IMG/VR virus record: IMGVR_UViG_3300025387_000050
Location: 1 to 31,951 of that record
Direction: 5' to 3' (one strand)
Length of the DNA: 31,951 bases
Source: a virus
Taxonomy: Duplodnaviria; Caudoviricetes
Program-made: the position numbers and the translations under genes
Notes under the pieces: generated by a model
What the model saw: only the letters and a program-made list of their open reading frames with translations
Told to the model about the DNA's origin: nothing
Databases searched by the model: none
In this document: positions 6,633-15,583 of the stretch, piece by piece
How positions within the stretch are numbered: position 1 is the first letter of the stretch
Layout of the letters: every line of letters starts with the position of its first letter

Positions 6633-6882
6633 TTGGCATGGGGGCAAAGGCCGTGGGATTAAAGCTAGTGATGAATATTGTGCGGCACTATGCCAATCGT
6701 GCCATCACGAAATAGATCAAGGAAACGAACTAAGCAAAGAAGAACGAATTGAACAATGGGTTTTTGCCCATATCAAAACGTTGCATTACCTTTGCATAAC
6801 CGATCAATGGCCACCCAAAGTGCCATTAACCGATTTGTATTTAGCCTTTACGCAAGGCGGGGATTCCGGCGCTAGGTTGTGA
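6460..6882 (+). CDS. Zn-binding HNH-like protein (DUF968/DUF1364-like); start uncertain
   Basis: PCQLCG..QAAHSN..GKGRGIKASD...ALCQSCH..ID motif. Confidence 0.75.
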   Translation: MTTTLEEEDTNAPKGIVSKQWKSYPKTKYTRNANLLRLIASIPCQLCGFHLSQAAHSNWHGGKGRGIKASDEYCAALCQSCHHEIDQGNELSKEERIEQWVFAHIKTLHYLCITDQWPPKVPLTDLYLAFTQGGDSGARL

Positions 6883-7056
6883 ACTAGGGCTATGGCGTGG
6901 GTGTGCGTGTGACATATCGGTTTTTTCGTGCTTCTTTAGCTCTTTTTCGATAGCCATAACGTGTTCACGTTCTTTTTGCCATTCCTTTTTAACAACAAAA
7001 TGTTTATCCATTTCGTGTTTGGTTTCACCCTTGGTAAACTTAAAATTCGTAGGCAT
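6841..7056 (-). CDS. Last late gene, His/Lys-rich hypothetical (71 aa)
   Basis: ORF track; GGAG RBS; starts 2 nt after the endolysin stop. Confidence 0.7.
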   Translation of the reverse strand: MPTNFKFTKGETKHEMDKHFVVKKEWQKEREHVMAIEKELKKHEKTDMSHAHPRHSPSSQPSAGIPALRKG

Positions 7057-7058
7057 AG

Positions 7059-7652
7059 TTACTCCAATACGCTTAACGCGCGTTTAGTTAATGAAATTCT
7101 ATCATCTAGGCCAATTGTTCCGCCATTGATGCGTTTAGTCAATCCTACCCAATCTTCCGCTTCGGCTAGTTCATTGCAACCGTGGGTTTTCCAAAACCAT
7201 GCCGCGCTTAAAGAAGCATACATGGGGGATGCCACAAGTTGTGGGTTTTTAATGAAATCTTGCCCAACCGCTTGGCCAAAATGCCAATAGTTATCATGGC
7301 CGGTTAATTGGATCAAACCGCGCCCGTGGAACCGATCACCATCACCACTAGTTTCATCACGGTTGCCCATCCGATTGGCGTATATCCGGTTGGCAATCTT
7401 GCTTGCGTTGCCCGCGTATAAAGGGATTTCTTCGGGCTTAAACTTGTGGCCAAACAACTTTTGAAGCGTTTCCGCGCGATAGTGTAGGTTTTCTTCCAAC
7501 ACCCTAAAATGCGCCGATTCATGGCTACATTGGCCTATAAACGCCGCTTGTTTCTTAACATCGTTAATCCCAAACGTGGTGAACGCCGTGGTTAGCGGTT
7601 CAGACCATTCCGGCCCAATGCCTAGTGCGTGAAGTTTTTCGGTGCTAATCAT
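7059..7652 (-). CDS. Endolysin, glycoside hydrolase family 19
   Basis: AAFIGQCSHES, GRGLIQLTG..NY, SAAWFW and TKRINGG..GL.DR motifs. Confidence 0.93.
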   Translation of the reverse strand: MISTEKLHALGIGPEWSEPLTTAFTTFGINDVKKQAAFIGQCSHESAHFRVLEENLHYRAETLQKLFGHKFKPEEIPLYAGNASKIANRIYANRMGNRDETSGDGDRFHGRGLIQLTGHDNYWHFGQAVGQDFIKNPQLVASPMYASLSAAWFWKTHGCNELAEAEDWVGLTKRINGGTIGLDDRISLTKRALSVLE

Positions 7653-7726
7653 ATATTGCCACTAAGTAACAAATAAAGCATTAAAAAACCAACGGCAATA
7701 CAAATTCCAACCAAGAATCTATCCAT
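7649..7726 (-). CDS. 25-aa single-TM peptide MDRFLVGICIAVGFLMLYLLLSGNI
   Basis: Read manually. TAATG overlap with the Rz stop and ATGA overlap with the endolysin start. Confidence 0.6.
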   Translation of the reverse strand: MDRFLVGICIAVGFLMLYLLLSGNI

Positions 7727-8313
7727 TATTTGACACCCCCATTAACGGTTTCCATTACGGTTTTGTAATTTGCGATGCAGGCATTGAGTTGGGTGATGGC
7801 GGTGTCTCCATCGGCGGCGATTTGGACAATAGCTTTAAGAGCCGATCGGTTAGATTCGGTTCCATCGGTTGTATTTCCGGCGGAAGCGGGGGCATTTGAA
7901 TCGGCTTGTAAACAACCGGCGGCGGGGATGCGCAACTCGCCACTATCAATCCGATCGTTGATGCTAGTAACCTTGTTTTTAATGTCATCTTTGGCTTTCT
8001 TTAGTTGGCCATTGGCTTTGGCTAATTTGCCGTTTAATTCGGCTTCTTTGGCCCTAGCTTCGCCATTAAGGCGTTCAATTTCTGCTTTATCTTCTGCAAC
8101 CCTTCGGTTATAGCCGTTTTGATTTGCAACATAGTATCCCCCTAAGATAACCAACAATAAACCCACAACCTTCAAGATCGTGGCATGGGCTTTAAGCATA
8201 GGGATATACCCTATAAAGTTGCTTAAAACATACGCTATTACACCGCCAACCAATGCAATAACGGCTATCCAATAAAACAAATCATCAATAAACCATGATA
8301 ACCAACTAAGCAT
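7726..8313 (-). CDS. Rz: Inner-membrane spanin (Rz-like)
   Basis: N-terminal TM segments, coiled coil, C-terminal IAADGD.AI.QLNACI..Y; contains an embedded lipoprotein ORF. Confidence 0.8.
   Translation of the reverse strand: MLSWLSWFIDDLFYWIAVIALVGGVIAYVLSNFIGYIPMLKAHATILKVVGLLLVILGGYYVANQNGYNRRVAEDKAEIERLNGEARAKEAELNGKLAKANGQLKKAKDDIKNKVTSINDRIDSGELRIPAAGCLQADSNAPASAGNTTDGTESNRSALKAIVQIAADGDTAITQLNACIANYKTVMETVNGGVK
7755..7988 (-). CDS. Rz1: Embedded outer-membrane spanin (Rz1-like lipoprotein)
   Basis: Signal peptide with lipobox VASC, Pro-rich mature part, nested out of frame in the 3' half of Rz. Confidence 0.8.
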   Translation of the reverse strand: MTLKTRLLASTIGLIVASCASPPPVVYKPIQMPPLPPEIQPMEPNLTDRLLKLLSKSPPMETPPSPNSMPASQITKP

Positions 8314-8767
8314 TTGAAGCCCTTGCTTGCGCCATGCGTTCGCGTTCTTGATCGGATTCCAATGTTGGCGGTGTCATTGGGGGCGGCGGCGGTGTCCAAT
8401 TTGGTGCCGACATAATGATTGGTGCGGGCGGGGGCGGGGGCGGTGCTACATAGGCATCTTTATTGGCCTTTGCCGCATTCATCATGTTTGTGGCTTCATT
8501 GGTTAGCCCCTTGGTCAAAATGCCCCCTATGCCCCCCACAATCAATAACACAATGTCATTCAACATCTTGGTGTAGGCTTGATCGATCGGTGCCATAGCT
8601 TTGATTGGTTGCGATACAAACGTAACCGAATAAAGCAACGCCATCACGATGAACGCTAGGATTAATGTAACCACAATGATTACAAACGATCTAACCCTAA
8701 TTTCTATTTCATCGGCATTGAGGCGTTCCTTGGGGTTGTTGAGGAATGCTAGAAGTAGTTCCTTCAA
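8306..8767 (-). CDS. Two-TM membrane protein with poly-Pro tail (holin candidate)
   Basis: Two hydrophobic helices; located in the lysis cluster. Confidence 0.6.
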   Translation of the reverse strand: MKELLLAFLNNPKERLNADEIEIRVRSFVIIVVTLILAFIVMALLYSVTFVSQPIKAMAPIDQAYTKMLNDIVLLIVGGIGGILTKGLTNEATNMMNAAKANKDAYVAPPPPPPAPIIMSAPNWTPPPPPMTPPTLESDQERERMAQARASNA

Positions 8768-8969
8768 TTTTCTTCTCCAATATAGGGGCTACAAGGTATT
8801 CGGGGCAATCTTGGTTAAATTCACACAATGGCTTTTGGCAACGTTCGGATTTAAAGTTATCGGGGTCTTGGCAAAAATATCGATATTGGTCATGGCAACC
8901 TGTAAGCAAAAACGGGAAAAGTATACATATCAATAGCGATGTATATAGAAAACTTGGTTTTTTAATCAT
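8709..8969 (-). CDS. Cys-rich lipoprotein
   Basis: Lipobox LTGC; five further Cys (CQDP..RCQKPLC..DC..C). Confidence 0.75.
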   Translation of the reverse strand: MIKKPSFLYTSLLICILFPFLLTGCHDQYRYFCQDPDNFKSERCQKPLCEFNQDCPEYLVAPILEKKIEGTTSSIPQQPQGTPQCR

Positions 8970-9208
8970 TTCCCATCAATCCTTTGTAGGGCTTTGTTTA
9001 CCCTAATTTCCATGATCCGAATATCAACATACATCCAAGCCATTAAGGGCAATAGCAACAAAAGAAAAATTAACAATATGGCTATAACCGTGAGGTATAG
9101 TGAATCAGACTTGCCATCATCCCCCACACCCACGCGATCATCATCAAAATTGCTAGGGTAACTAGGAACCTTGTTCGCATTAAGTCTTCCCTTTGAACCC
9201 GTTGCCAT
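8966..9208 (-). CDS. Single-TM membrane protein (80 aa)
   Basis: Long hydrophobic helix; ATGA coupling to the lipoprotein gene; overlaps the upstream gene by 127 nt. Confidence 0.65.
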   Translation of the reverse strand: MATGSKGRLNANKVPSYPSNFDDDRVGVGDDGKSDSLYLTVIAILLIFLLLLLPLMAWMYVDIRIMEIRVNKALQRIDGK

Positions 9209-9798
9209 TTAGCTCTCCGTTTTGCTAAAAGTTCTTCCCTTCTTTGTAAGGCTTGCTTTGTTGCAATATCACCAATCGTTGCGTTAACCCGCGAATACAA
9301 ATCTTTCAATTCGCTAGGCACATGGTAAACCATGTAATCCGATAGTTCCGAATTTAACTTTTCCATTTGCAAATTAGCAATCACCAACTTGATGGCAATT
9401 TCTTGCCCTTCTTCGTTGCCAACGTGTAAAGCCAATTCTTCTTGTTCTTTAACGTAATTCTTTAGGCCGTTGTAGGCTTGAAAGAACTTTGTTAAAGCAT
9501 CCGCCACTTGCGAATAAATTAAGTTTTCATCAAATTCGGGCGGCGGTTCTTTTTTCTTCTTAACCTTTTTAACCGGTTGTTGAACTTCCGGTTGTTCTTC
9601 TTTTTTGCCAAAAACCGCCGTTAGGAACCCAAGTAACCCTTTCGATTTCTTTTGAACGCTCTTAACGTCTTTGACAATTCCATCAATTTCTTTGGCGGCA
9701 TCAACAACAATTTGCCGCCCTTCTTTATACATTTCGCAAGCATCTTTGCATAGCTTAAAGGCCCCGCTTGCCAATGCAACAAGTGTGAACGGATCAAT
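9082..9798 (-). CDS. Coiled-coil protein with C-terminal TM; probable ATT start
   Basis: ORF track 9082..9774, extended in frame to ATT-GAT-CCG (IDPFTLVALA); GGGGTG lies 6 nt upstream of the ATT. Confidence 0.7.
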   Translation of the reverse strand: MDPFTLVALASGAFKLCKDACEMYKEGRQIVVDAAKEIDGIVKDVKSVQKKSKGLLGFLTAVFGKKEEQPEVQQPVKKVKKKKEPPPEFDENLIYSQVADALTKFFQAYNGLKNYVKEQEELALHVGNEEGQEIAIKLVIANLQMEKLNSELSDYMVYHVPSELKDLYSRVNATIGDIATKQALQRREELLAKRRAKWQRVQREDLMRTRFLVTLAILMMIAWVWGMMASLIHYTSRL

Positions 9799-9801
9799 TT
9801 G

Positions 9802-9999
9802 TTACACCCCAAATACTTTGTGTAGGAACGCCGCGGCAACACCTGGGCCAAGCAAAACACACAACATCACGCCATAAAGCAAATATTCAATCTTTGACAT
9901 TCGCTTTTCACCGGCGGTTAGGTGTTCTTGGATAACCCTATAACGTTCCGCGCAAATAGCTTCGTGAACGGCTAATCGTTTATCAACATCATCCGTCAT
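9802..9999 (-). CDS. Small coiled-coil plus TM protein (LAVHEAICAERY), lysis-region accessory
   Basis: ORF track; C-terminal hydrophobic helix. Confidence 0.7.
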   Translation of the reverse strand: MTDDVDKRLAVHEAICAERYRVIQEHLTAGEKRMSKIEYLLYGVMLCVLLGPGVAAAFLHKVFGV

Positions 10000-10001
10000 T
10001 T

Positions 10002-10553
10002 TTATGTCTTTTGGATGAACGCCAAAGCGTAATAAAGGGGATTGTTTGTGCCGCCGGATGTAACCACACCGCTAGATGCAAAACCACCATTGTTGCCAAC
10101 GGAATAGCTATTTCCCGCACCAACGATGAATCGATCACGCAAATCGGGCGTTCCGTTTGATCCATTACACAACACATAGCCGGTTGGGATAGAACCAATC
10201 GAACCACTCCACATAATAATTCCACCGCTTGGAACGGCCGAAACGGATGGGCTTGTTCCAATAATGCCATACAAGTTATCCAAGGTTTGAATAGTTACGT
10301 TGTTGGCATCGGTTAAAACAAACTTATAGGAATATCCGCTTGTTAACCAAATCTCATTTGGGGGGCGGCCATCGGTTCCCAAAACGATTGGGTTGGTGTT
10401 GGCCGTGTTGCCGGTGTTATCGGTGTATGTGTTTAACGGTGTTGTTGAACCGGCTTGATAGGTGTAGATATACCCACCGGCCAATGGCACGTTAGGCGTT
10501 GTGCTAGATAGGAATTGAAAGCCATTTCCTACCGGTGAAAGATTAACGCTCAT
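10002..10553 (-). CDS. Short tail appendage: head-binding-like N-domain plus tail-collar domain
   Basis: PLAGG.IYTY.AG.TTP..TY...NTNPIVL..DGR N-terminus; PSGGIIMWSG...PTGYVLCNG.NGTPDLRDRFIVGAG collar motif. Confidence 0.75.
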   Translation of the reverse strand: MSVNLSPVGNGFQFLSSTTPNVPLAGGYIYTYQAGSTTPLNTYTDNTGNTANTNPIVLGTDGRPPNEIWLTSGYSYKFVLTDANNVTIQTLDNLYGIIGTSPSVSAVPSGGIIMWSGSIGSIPTGYVLCNGSNGTPDLRDRFIVGAGNSYSVGNNGGFASSGVVTSGGTNNPLYYALAFIQKT

Positions 10554-10555
10554 TT

Positions 10556-12736
10556 TTATTCCTTACCTAAATCAGAAAGTTTTGATTTTTTACCAGCTTC
10601 TTGCAATTGTTTTTTAACATTTTCGGCTTGCTTTTGGGTTTCTTTTTTCATTGCGCCTTTTTGCAATTTTTCACCAAACTTTTCACCAAAACCTTTAGCA
10701 AATGGTATTTGTGTTTTTTCGGCTACTTTACCAAAGATCAATGGATAATTTGATGAAATTGGGCCTAACCTTTCGGCTTGCAAAGCGGCACCTTCATATT
10801 CTTGTGCGGCGGGCATTAAATGACCGGCATAATTTAATTTATGAAATGCTTGTTGTTCGCTTAATGGAAAAGCATGGCGTATCTTTTCGCCCCTTGCATT
10901 CAAAACATCGGTTACATTTTTTCTTGCCCAAACACTTAAATTTTTTGATCCGGTGTTATGAACTTCACGCGCAATACTTCCGGCAATCTCATTTTTTGCG
11001 TTTTGCCCCATTTGCCTTAATTCGGGCGGAACTTCTAAAACCCATTTGTGTAATCCGGTTTTAGGATCAATTGGCCCAAACAATTTGCCTGATGCAACCT
11101 TATCCGATAGATCATAGATATGCTTCCATTCATCAACCGGCATATCATTTAATTTTTGTGGAATCTTTTCAAATGGTGTTCCGGTTTGAATTCCATTTGG
11201 ATCAATATCGCCAAATAATGTTTTGATGCCTTTTGCACCAAACAATGTTTTTTCGGCTTGATGCAAACTATCCGCTTTTTTAAGATATTCCAAACCACCG
11301 GCGTTGCCAATATCTTTTTCAATAGCATTATTAATTTTGGCAATAACGGATGCGTTATCTTTTGTCCAATCTTTGTTCAATGCTTTTTGAACTGCCACCC
11401 ATGCGTTAACGGTGTTGGGTTGATAAACATTTCCATGTTCATCTTCAAACCCTTCTTTTTTGGCAAGATCAATATATTCATTAACACTTTTTAAAACACC
11501 TTCATTGCCTTTTAAACCCATTCCGGCTTTGAATTGTTTGTTGTTCAATAAGTTATCAATATTTGTTGATTGAATGGGGTTATCTCCAACTTTATTTTTT
11601 ACATCATCATAAAGTTTTTGCTTTTCTTTCTTGAAGAAACCTGATAAACCTTCTTCACCGCTTGCAAAATTATGAATGCGTTCGCCACGTTGATAATCAT
11701 TGATTAATCTTGGATCGGCATTTGTATTCCGAACACGTTCTTGTGCGTATTCAGATAGGGCATTTTGTTCGTTAACAATTTGCCGTTTCATTATGTCTGC
11801 GGCACTTCCTGGAACTGGATTAGGTGTCTTGGCCAACAAATATTCATTTTTCAATGTGTTTTCGTTGCCCGTAACAACACCTGGCCTTACTTGCTCATTG
11901 CTGCCCAAAACATCGGATGCAATTTCCGCACGTTTTTGTTGTTCATTGCTAGGAACATCTTCGGCAATCTTTGAATATTTAATTGTTGGATATTCTTTAT
12001 TGCCTTCTTCACCGCTAAATTTATAAGGATTTGGTTCAGTTTTTGCCGCACCAACACCAACCAATGATTCTTGTGGCGTGGTTGGTCTAACGGTTTCAAA
12101 TTTAAGATTAGATGGCGCACGTTGTTTTGCCGCTTGGAATGCGGCTTCAAAAGGTTTTGCAACGGTTGTTATGCCTTCTTTGATTGGTGTTGCTAATTTA
12201 GGTGCTATGCCTAATTGCAAATTGGCCGTGATGTTTCTAACGTCTTCAATTGGCAATCCGGTCTTTTCGGCAAGCCATTGATTACCTTTTTCGGCGTGTT
12301 CACCAATATAGCCTAATAATTGGCGTGATAATTCTTGTTTGTATTCGGGTGTATCCGTAACACCAAAAAATTTTCCAATTGGTTGCGTTTCACCGCCAAT
12401 TGCTTGGCCTATTTGTTCGGCTTTTTGTGGTGTTGTAAAAGGGCGAACCAATGGTTGAACAACTTGGCCAACAACGGGCATGATCCCACCAACGGCTACA
12501 TCACCTAATGATGCGGCACTTCTTCCAAATTGTTTTAAATAATTTGGTGATTGTGTAGTTGTTGCTTTTTGTTTGTTGCGTATAACCGAACCACGCATGA
12601 TTTCATCTAAATCATCTTCTTGTGGTTGCAATTGTGGATTTGCACCACTCATTGAACTTTTTTTAGGTGAAATTAAATTATCATTAGTTGATGGTGCTTC
12701 GGTTTCATCACCAAACATGGCCGCATAAGCACTCAT
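10556..12736 (-). CDS. Probable DNA ejection protein (P22 gp16 position)
   Basis: 726 aa, helical; third of three ejection-type genes; assigned by synteny. Confidence 0.6.
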   Translation of the reverse strand: MSAYAAMFGDETEAPSTNDNLISPKKSSMSGANPQLQPQEDDLDEIMRGSVIRNKQKATTTQSPNYLKQFGRSAASLGDVAVGGIMPVVGQVVQPLVRPFTTPQKAEQIGQAIGGETQPIGKFFGVTDTPEYKQELSRQLLGYIGEHAEKGNQWLAEKTGLPIEDVRNITANLQLGIAPKLATPIKEGITTVAKPFEAAFQAAKQRAPSNLKFETVRPTTPQESLVGVGAAKTEPNPYKFSGEEGNKEYPTIKYSKIAEDVPSNEQQKRAEIASDVLGSNEQVRPGVVTGNENTLKNEYLLAKTPNPVPGSAADIMKRQIVNEQNALSEYAQERVRNTNADPRLINDYQRGERIHNFASGEEGLSGFFKKEKQKLYDDVKNKVGDNPIQSTNIDNLLNNKQFKAGMGLKGNEGVLKSVNEYIDLAKKEGFEDEHGNVYQPNTVNAWVAVQKALNKDWTKDNASVIAKINNAIEKDIGNAGGLEYLKKADSLHQAEKTLFGAKGIKTLFGDIDPNGIQTGTPFEKIPQKLNDMPVDEWKHIYDLSDKVASGKLFGPIDPKTGLHKWVLEVPPELRQMGQNAKNEIAGSIAREVHNTGSKNLSVWARKNVTDVLNARGEKIRHAFPLSEQQAFHKLNYAGHLMPAAQEYEGAALQAERLGPISSNYPLIFGKVAEKTQIPFAKGFGEKFGEKLQKGAMKKETQKQAENVKKQLQEAGKKSKLSDLGKE

Positions 12737-14193
12737 TAAAGTTCCCCTGTGCGTGATAATTTAAGAAGATTATTTTTTTGTCTAGTTAATTTATCAATTT
12801 CTTGTGCCGATGCGCCTTTGAATAGCTTATCAATCTTATCGATTTTTTCTTCTTTAGTTAAATCGCTATTATTGATTGCAATTGCTTCAAACACACGCGA
12901 ATCTTTGGCGTTATCCGCCCATTTTTCTTGATATGTTTTTAGATTATTATCGCCATATTTTTTAGCAAAGGCTTGAGCGCCTTTTGCTTGCAATTCAACG
13001 TTTGTCATATCCGCTTGTGTGCGTCTTGCAATGTTAATTAAAACATCGGGCGGATAAGTGTAATCACCATTAGCGGCGGCGGTTAATGTTTTATCGGCAT
13101 CGGTTGATAAGCCCAATGCTTTCATATTAGACAATTGCGCATTTGCCAAATCTTTGCTTAATTCTTTATAACGAACGCCTTGTTCCGTTCCTAAAAATGT
13201 GCTTAGATTACGGCCCGCCATTCCTAAAAAGCCCGCGCCACCGCCCCATTCGTGTTCACCCAAATCTTGTGCTTGCTTGATGATTTCATCAAGATTACGC
13301 CTTTGGGTTGTTAAATTAGTTGCATGATTAACTAATGTATTTCTATAAGTTTGCCCCGCTTCTTGATCGGTTTTTTCGCTTGGTGACAATGGGCGAATAT
13401 CACCCGCACGGCGAACGGGATATTGCAATTGCATTTGCGTTGGTGTAACGCCTTGTTGCATTGCGGATGGCATTCCGCTTGGCAATTGCATTCCTTGTGG
13501 CAAAGGGCCACCTTGGGGCATTGGTTGGCCCATAGGTGCGTTGGGTTGTTGGATTTGTGCGGGTGTAAGTGTTCCTGGCCCAGAACGATAAAGCGCGGGA
13601 TTTCCAATTGCATCCGTGGTAAGTTGTGGTGTTTGCAATGTTTGTTGTTGTTGTGGCGTTAATCCACCACCAATAATGTTATCCAAAACGTTTGGCAACA
13701 ATTGTGGCTTGTTACCAATGTGATCTTTAATGATCTTCAAATGTGAATTAACCGTGTCTTTAGGCAAGCCACTTTGAACCATCAAATCTTTAGCAACATC
13801 CAATGTTCCCATTGCCGCTTTTGGGTCTTGTGCGGCATTTTGAATTTGTGGCAAATTGCGAATGCCACCAAGAATTTGCTTGGCAAGTGCCGATTGTGAT
13901 GCGGTGAAATCTAATGCCGCTTTCTTTTCGGCCGTTTGTTGTTGGCCGGATATGGCTTTGGCGGATTCAATTCTTGGGTTAGCGGTTTCTTCGGAAACCC
14001 TTGTTTCGGCCGCTTGTTGACGCAAAGCCAATGGGTTCATAGCTTGCGCTTGTTGCAATTCCAATTGCGCCTTTTGAACTTGCAAAGGGTTTAATTGTTG
14101 GGCTTGCTTGTATTGTTGCAACGTTGCCAACGGGCCTAATATGTCATTTAGGCTTGTTTGCTTGGTTGTTGGATAATCGGTAAAAACTGGCAT
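12736..14193 (-). CDS. Probable DNA ejection protein (P22 gp20 position)
   Basis: Gln/Ala-rich helical protein; synteny. Confidence 0.6.
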   Translation of the reverse strand: MPVFTDYPTTKQTSLNDILGPLATLQQYKQAQQLNPLQVQKAQLELQQAQAMNPLALRQQAAETRVSEETANPRIESAKAISGQQQTAEKKAALDFTASQSALAKQILGGIRNLPQIQNAAQDPKAAMGTLDVAKDLMVQSGLPKDTVNSHLKIIKDHIGNKPQLLPNVLDNIIGGGLTPQQQQTLQTPQLTTDAIGNPALYRSGPGTLTPAQIQQPNAPMGQPMPQGGPLPQGMQLPSGMPSAMQQGVTPTQMQLQYPVRRAGDIRPLSPSEKTDQEAGQTYRNTLVNHATNLTTQRRNLDEIIKQAQDLGEHEWGGGAGFLGMAGRNLSTFLGTEQGVRYKELSKDLANAQLSNMKALGLSTDADKTLTAAANGDYTYPPDVLINIARRTQADMTNVELQAKGAQAFAKKYGDNNLKTYQEKWADNAKDSRVFEAIAINNSDLTKEEKIDKIDKLFKGASAQEIDKLTRQKNNLLKLSRTGEL

Positions 14194-14202
14194 GATCTAT
14201 CC

Positions 14203-15579
14203 TTATGCTAATGCGGCAACGGTTGCGGTGTTGGCCAAGTTACTTAAAAGGTTGGCATTGTTTACGGCTTGTGCGGTTTGGGCACCGGCTTGTGCGGCCG
14301 CTAATCCCGTTGTTGTTGTTCCATACGTTTGCGCCAAAGAACCGCCTAATTGTCCAAGTTGTGCGTTTGCCGTTTGCCCAATTCCGGCTTGCCCCGCCAA
14401 GTTTTGATAAATGTTTTGGCGTTGGGTTTGATAGTTATTAAACGCTTGTTGATATGCCCCACCGGCATAGTTTTGCGCATAAGTATTCAAACCTTGCAAA
14501 GTGTTGCCGCTTAACAATCCACCGGTTGCATTGGCCGCGTTTTGCGCTTGGCCTAAACCTTGTTGCAATTGGAATTGGTAATTAGGTGCAAGTTGGGCGT
14601 TTAAATCTTGGTTATTGAATTGATTGGTTAGATAACCCGTTCCCGTGCCGGTTCCCGAAACCGTTCCATCGGGATTCATAATGTTGTATGTTCCCGATCC
14701 CAATGAACCTAACGTGTTGGCCGCTTGCGTTCCAAGTTGTTGATATGGTGCCGCGTAACCTTGTTGGTTAGCGTACATTTTGTTAATGTAATCTTGAACA
14801 TTATTAGCGGCGGCCGTTTGTGTTTGTGCGGCGTTGCTAATGGCTTTGTTTTGCCCAATTGTTCCCAATGTGGATGCCAATGCCGATCCACCTAATGCGG
14901 CGGTTTGTGCGGCGGTTAATCCACCGGCGGCACCCAATCCGGCCGCACCAGCGGCTAACGCACCCAATGTGGTTCCACCAACGTTTGATGCTTGCAATGC
15001 GGCATCCGTGGCCGCTAAACTTGTTCCCAATCCCGCACCAATTGTGCTTCCGGCACTTGATCCCAATCCACCGGCGGTGCCCAATCCGGCCGCGCCCAAT
15101 GTTGCGCCACCAACCAACGCACCGGTTGTTGGATCAATTGTGCTTGCGGGGATGGTTAAACCTTGCGCACCACCCATTTCCGCTAAGTTAGCGGTTGCGG
15201 GGGCCGTCATTCCTTCGTTCACGGCGGGTGCAAATAAATCGGTTCCGGCACCGGTTGTTGCTTGTATTCCGGTTCCGGTTGATCCCATTCCGGCTAGGCT
15301 AGTTCCACTTAGATCGGTTGCACCGGCATCCACGGCGGCGGCGGCCGGTGTTGCACCGGCGGCTACATCGGCACCAACGGTTCCTATGGCATCCGTGGCG
15401 GCACTTGCAACGGCATCGGTTGCGGCCCCACTTGCTATGGCATCACCGGCGGCGGCGGTTGCGGCATCAACGGCGGCACCGGCGGCGGCATCGGTTATCA
15501 CACCATCGGCAACGGCACCGGCAACGGCATCGCCCCCAATCGCACTTGCCACCGCATCAATCGTTGCTGAAACACCCAT
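14203..15579 (-). CDS. DNA transfer/ejection protein (P22 gp7 position)
   Basis: Ala/Gly-rich N-half; PNYQFQLQQG...A.ATGGLLSGNTLQGL..Y.Q.YA motif. Confidence 0.7.
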   Translation of the reverse strand: MGVSATIDAVASAIGGDAVAGAVADGVITDAAAGAAVDAATAAAGDAIASGAATDAVASAATDAIGTVGADVAAGATPAAAAVDAGATDLSGTSLAGMGSTGTGIQATTGAGTDLFAPAVNEGMTAPATANLAEMGGAQGLTIPASTIDPTTGALVGGATLGAAGLGTAGGLGSSAGSTIGAGLGTSLAATDAALQASNVGGTTLGALAAGAAGLGAAGGLTAAQTAALGGSALASTLGTIGQNKAISNAAQTQTAAANNVQDYINKMYANQQGYAAPYQQLGTQAANTLGSLGSGTYNIMNPDGTVSGTGTGTGYLTNQFNNQDLNAQLAPNYQFQLQQGLGQAQNAANATGGLLSGNTLQGLNTYAQNYAGGAYQQAFNNYQTQRQNIYQNLAGQAGIGQTANAQLGQLGGSLAQTYGTTTTGLAAAQAGAQTAQAVNNANLLSNLANTATVAALA

Positions 15580-15583
15580 GTTC

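Noticed and set aside
6841-6900. Terminator at the convergence of the two transcription units
   Set aside because: The ORFs overlap by 42 nt and no convincing hairpin with a U-tract was found.
4390-9804. Stop-codon reassignment suggested by in-frame ORFs separated by single stops
   Set aside because: The junctions use both TGA and TAA, and all long genes read normally in the standard bacterial code.
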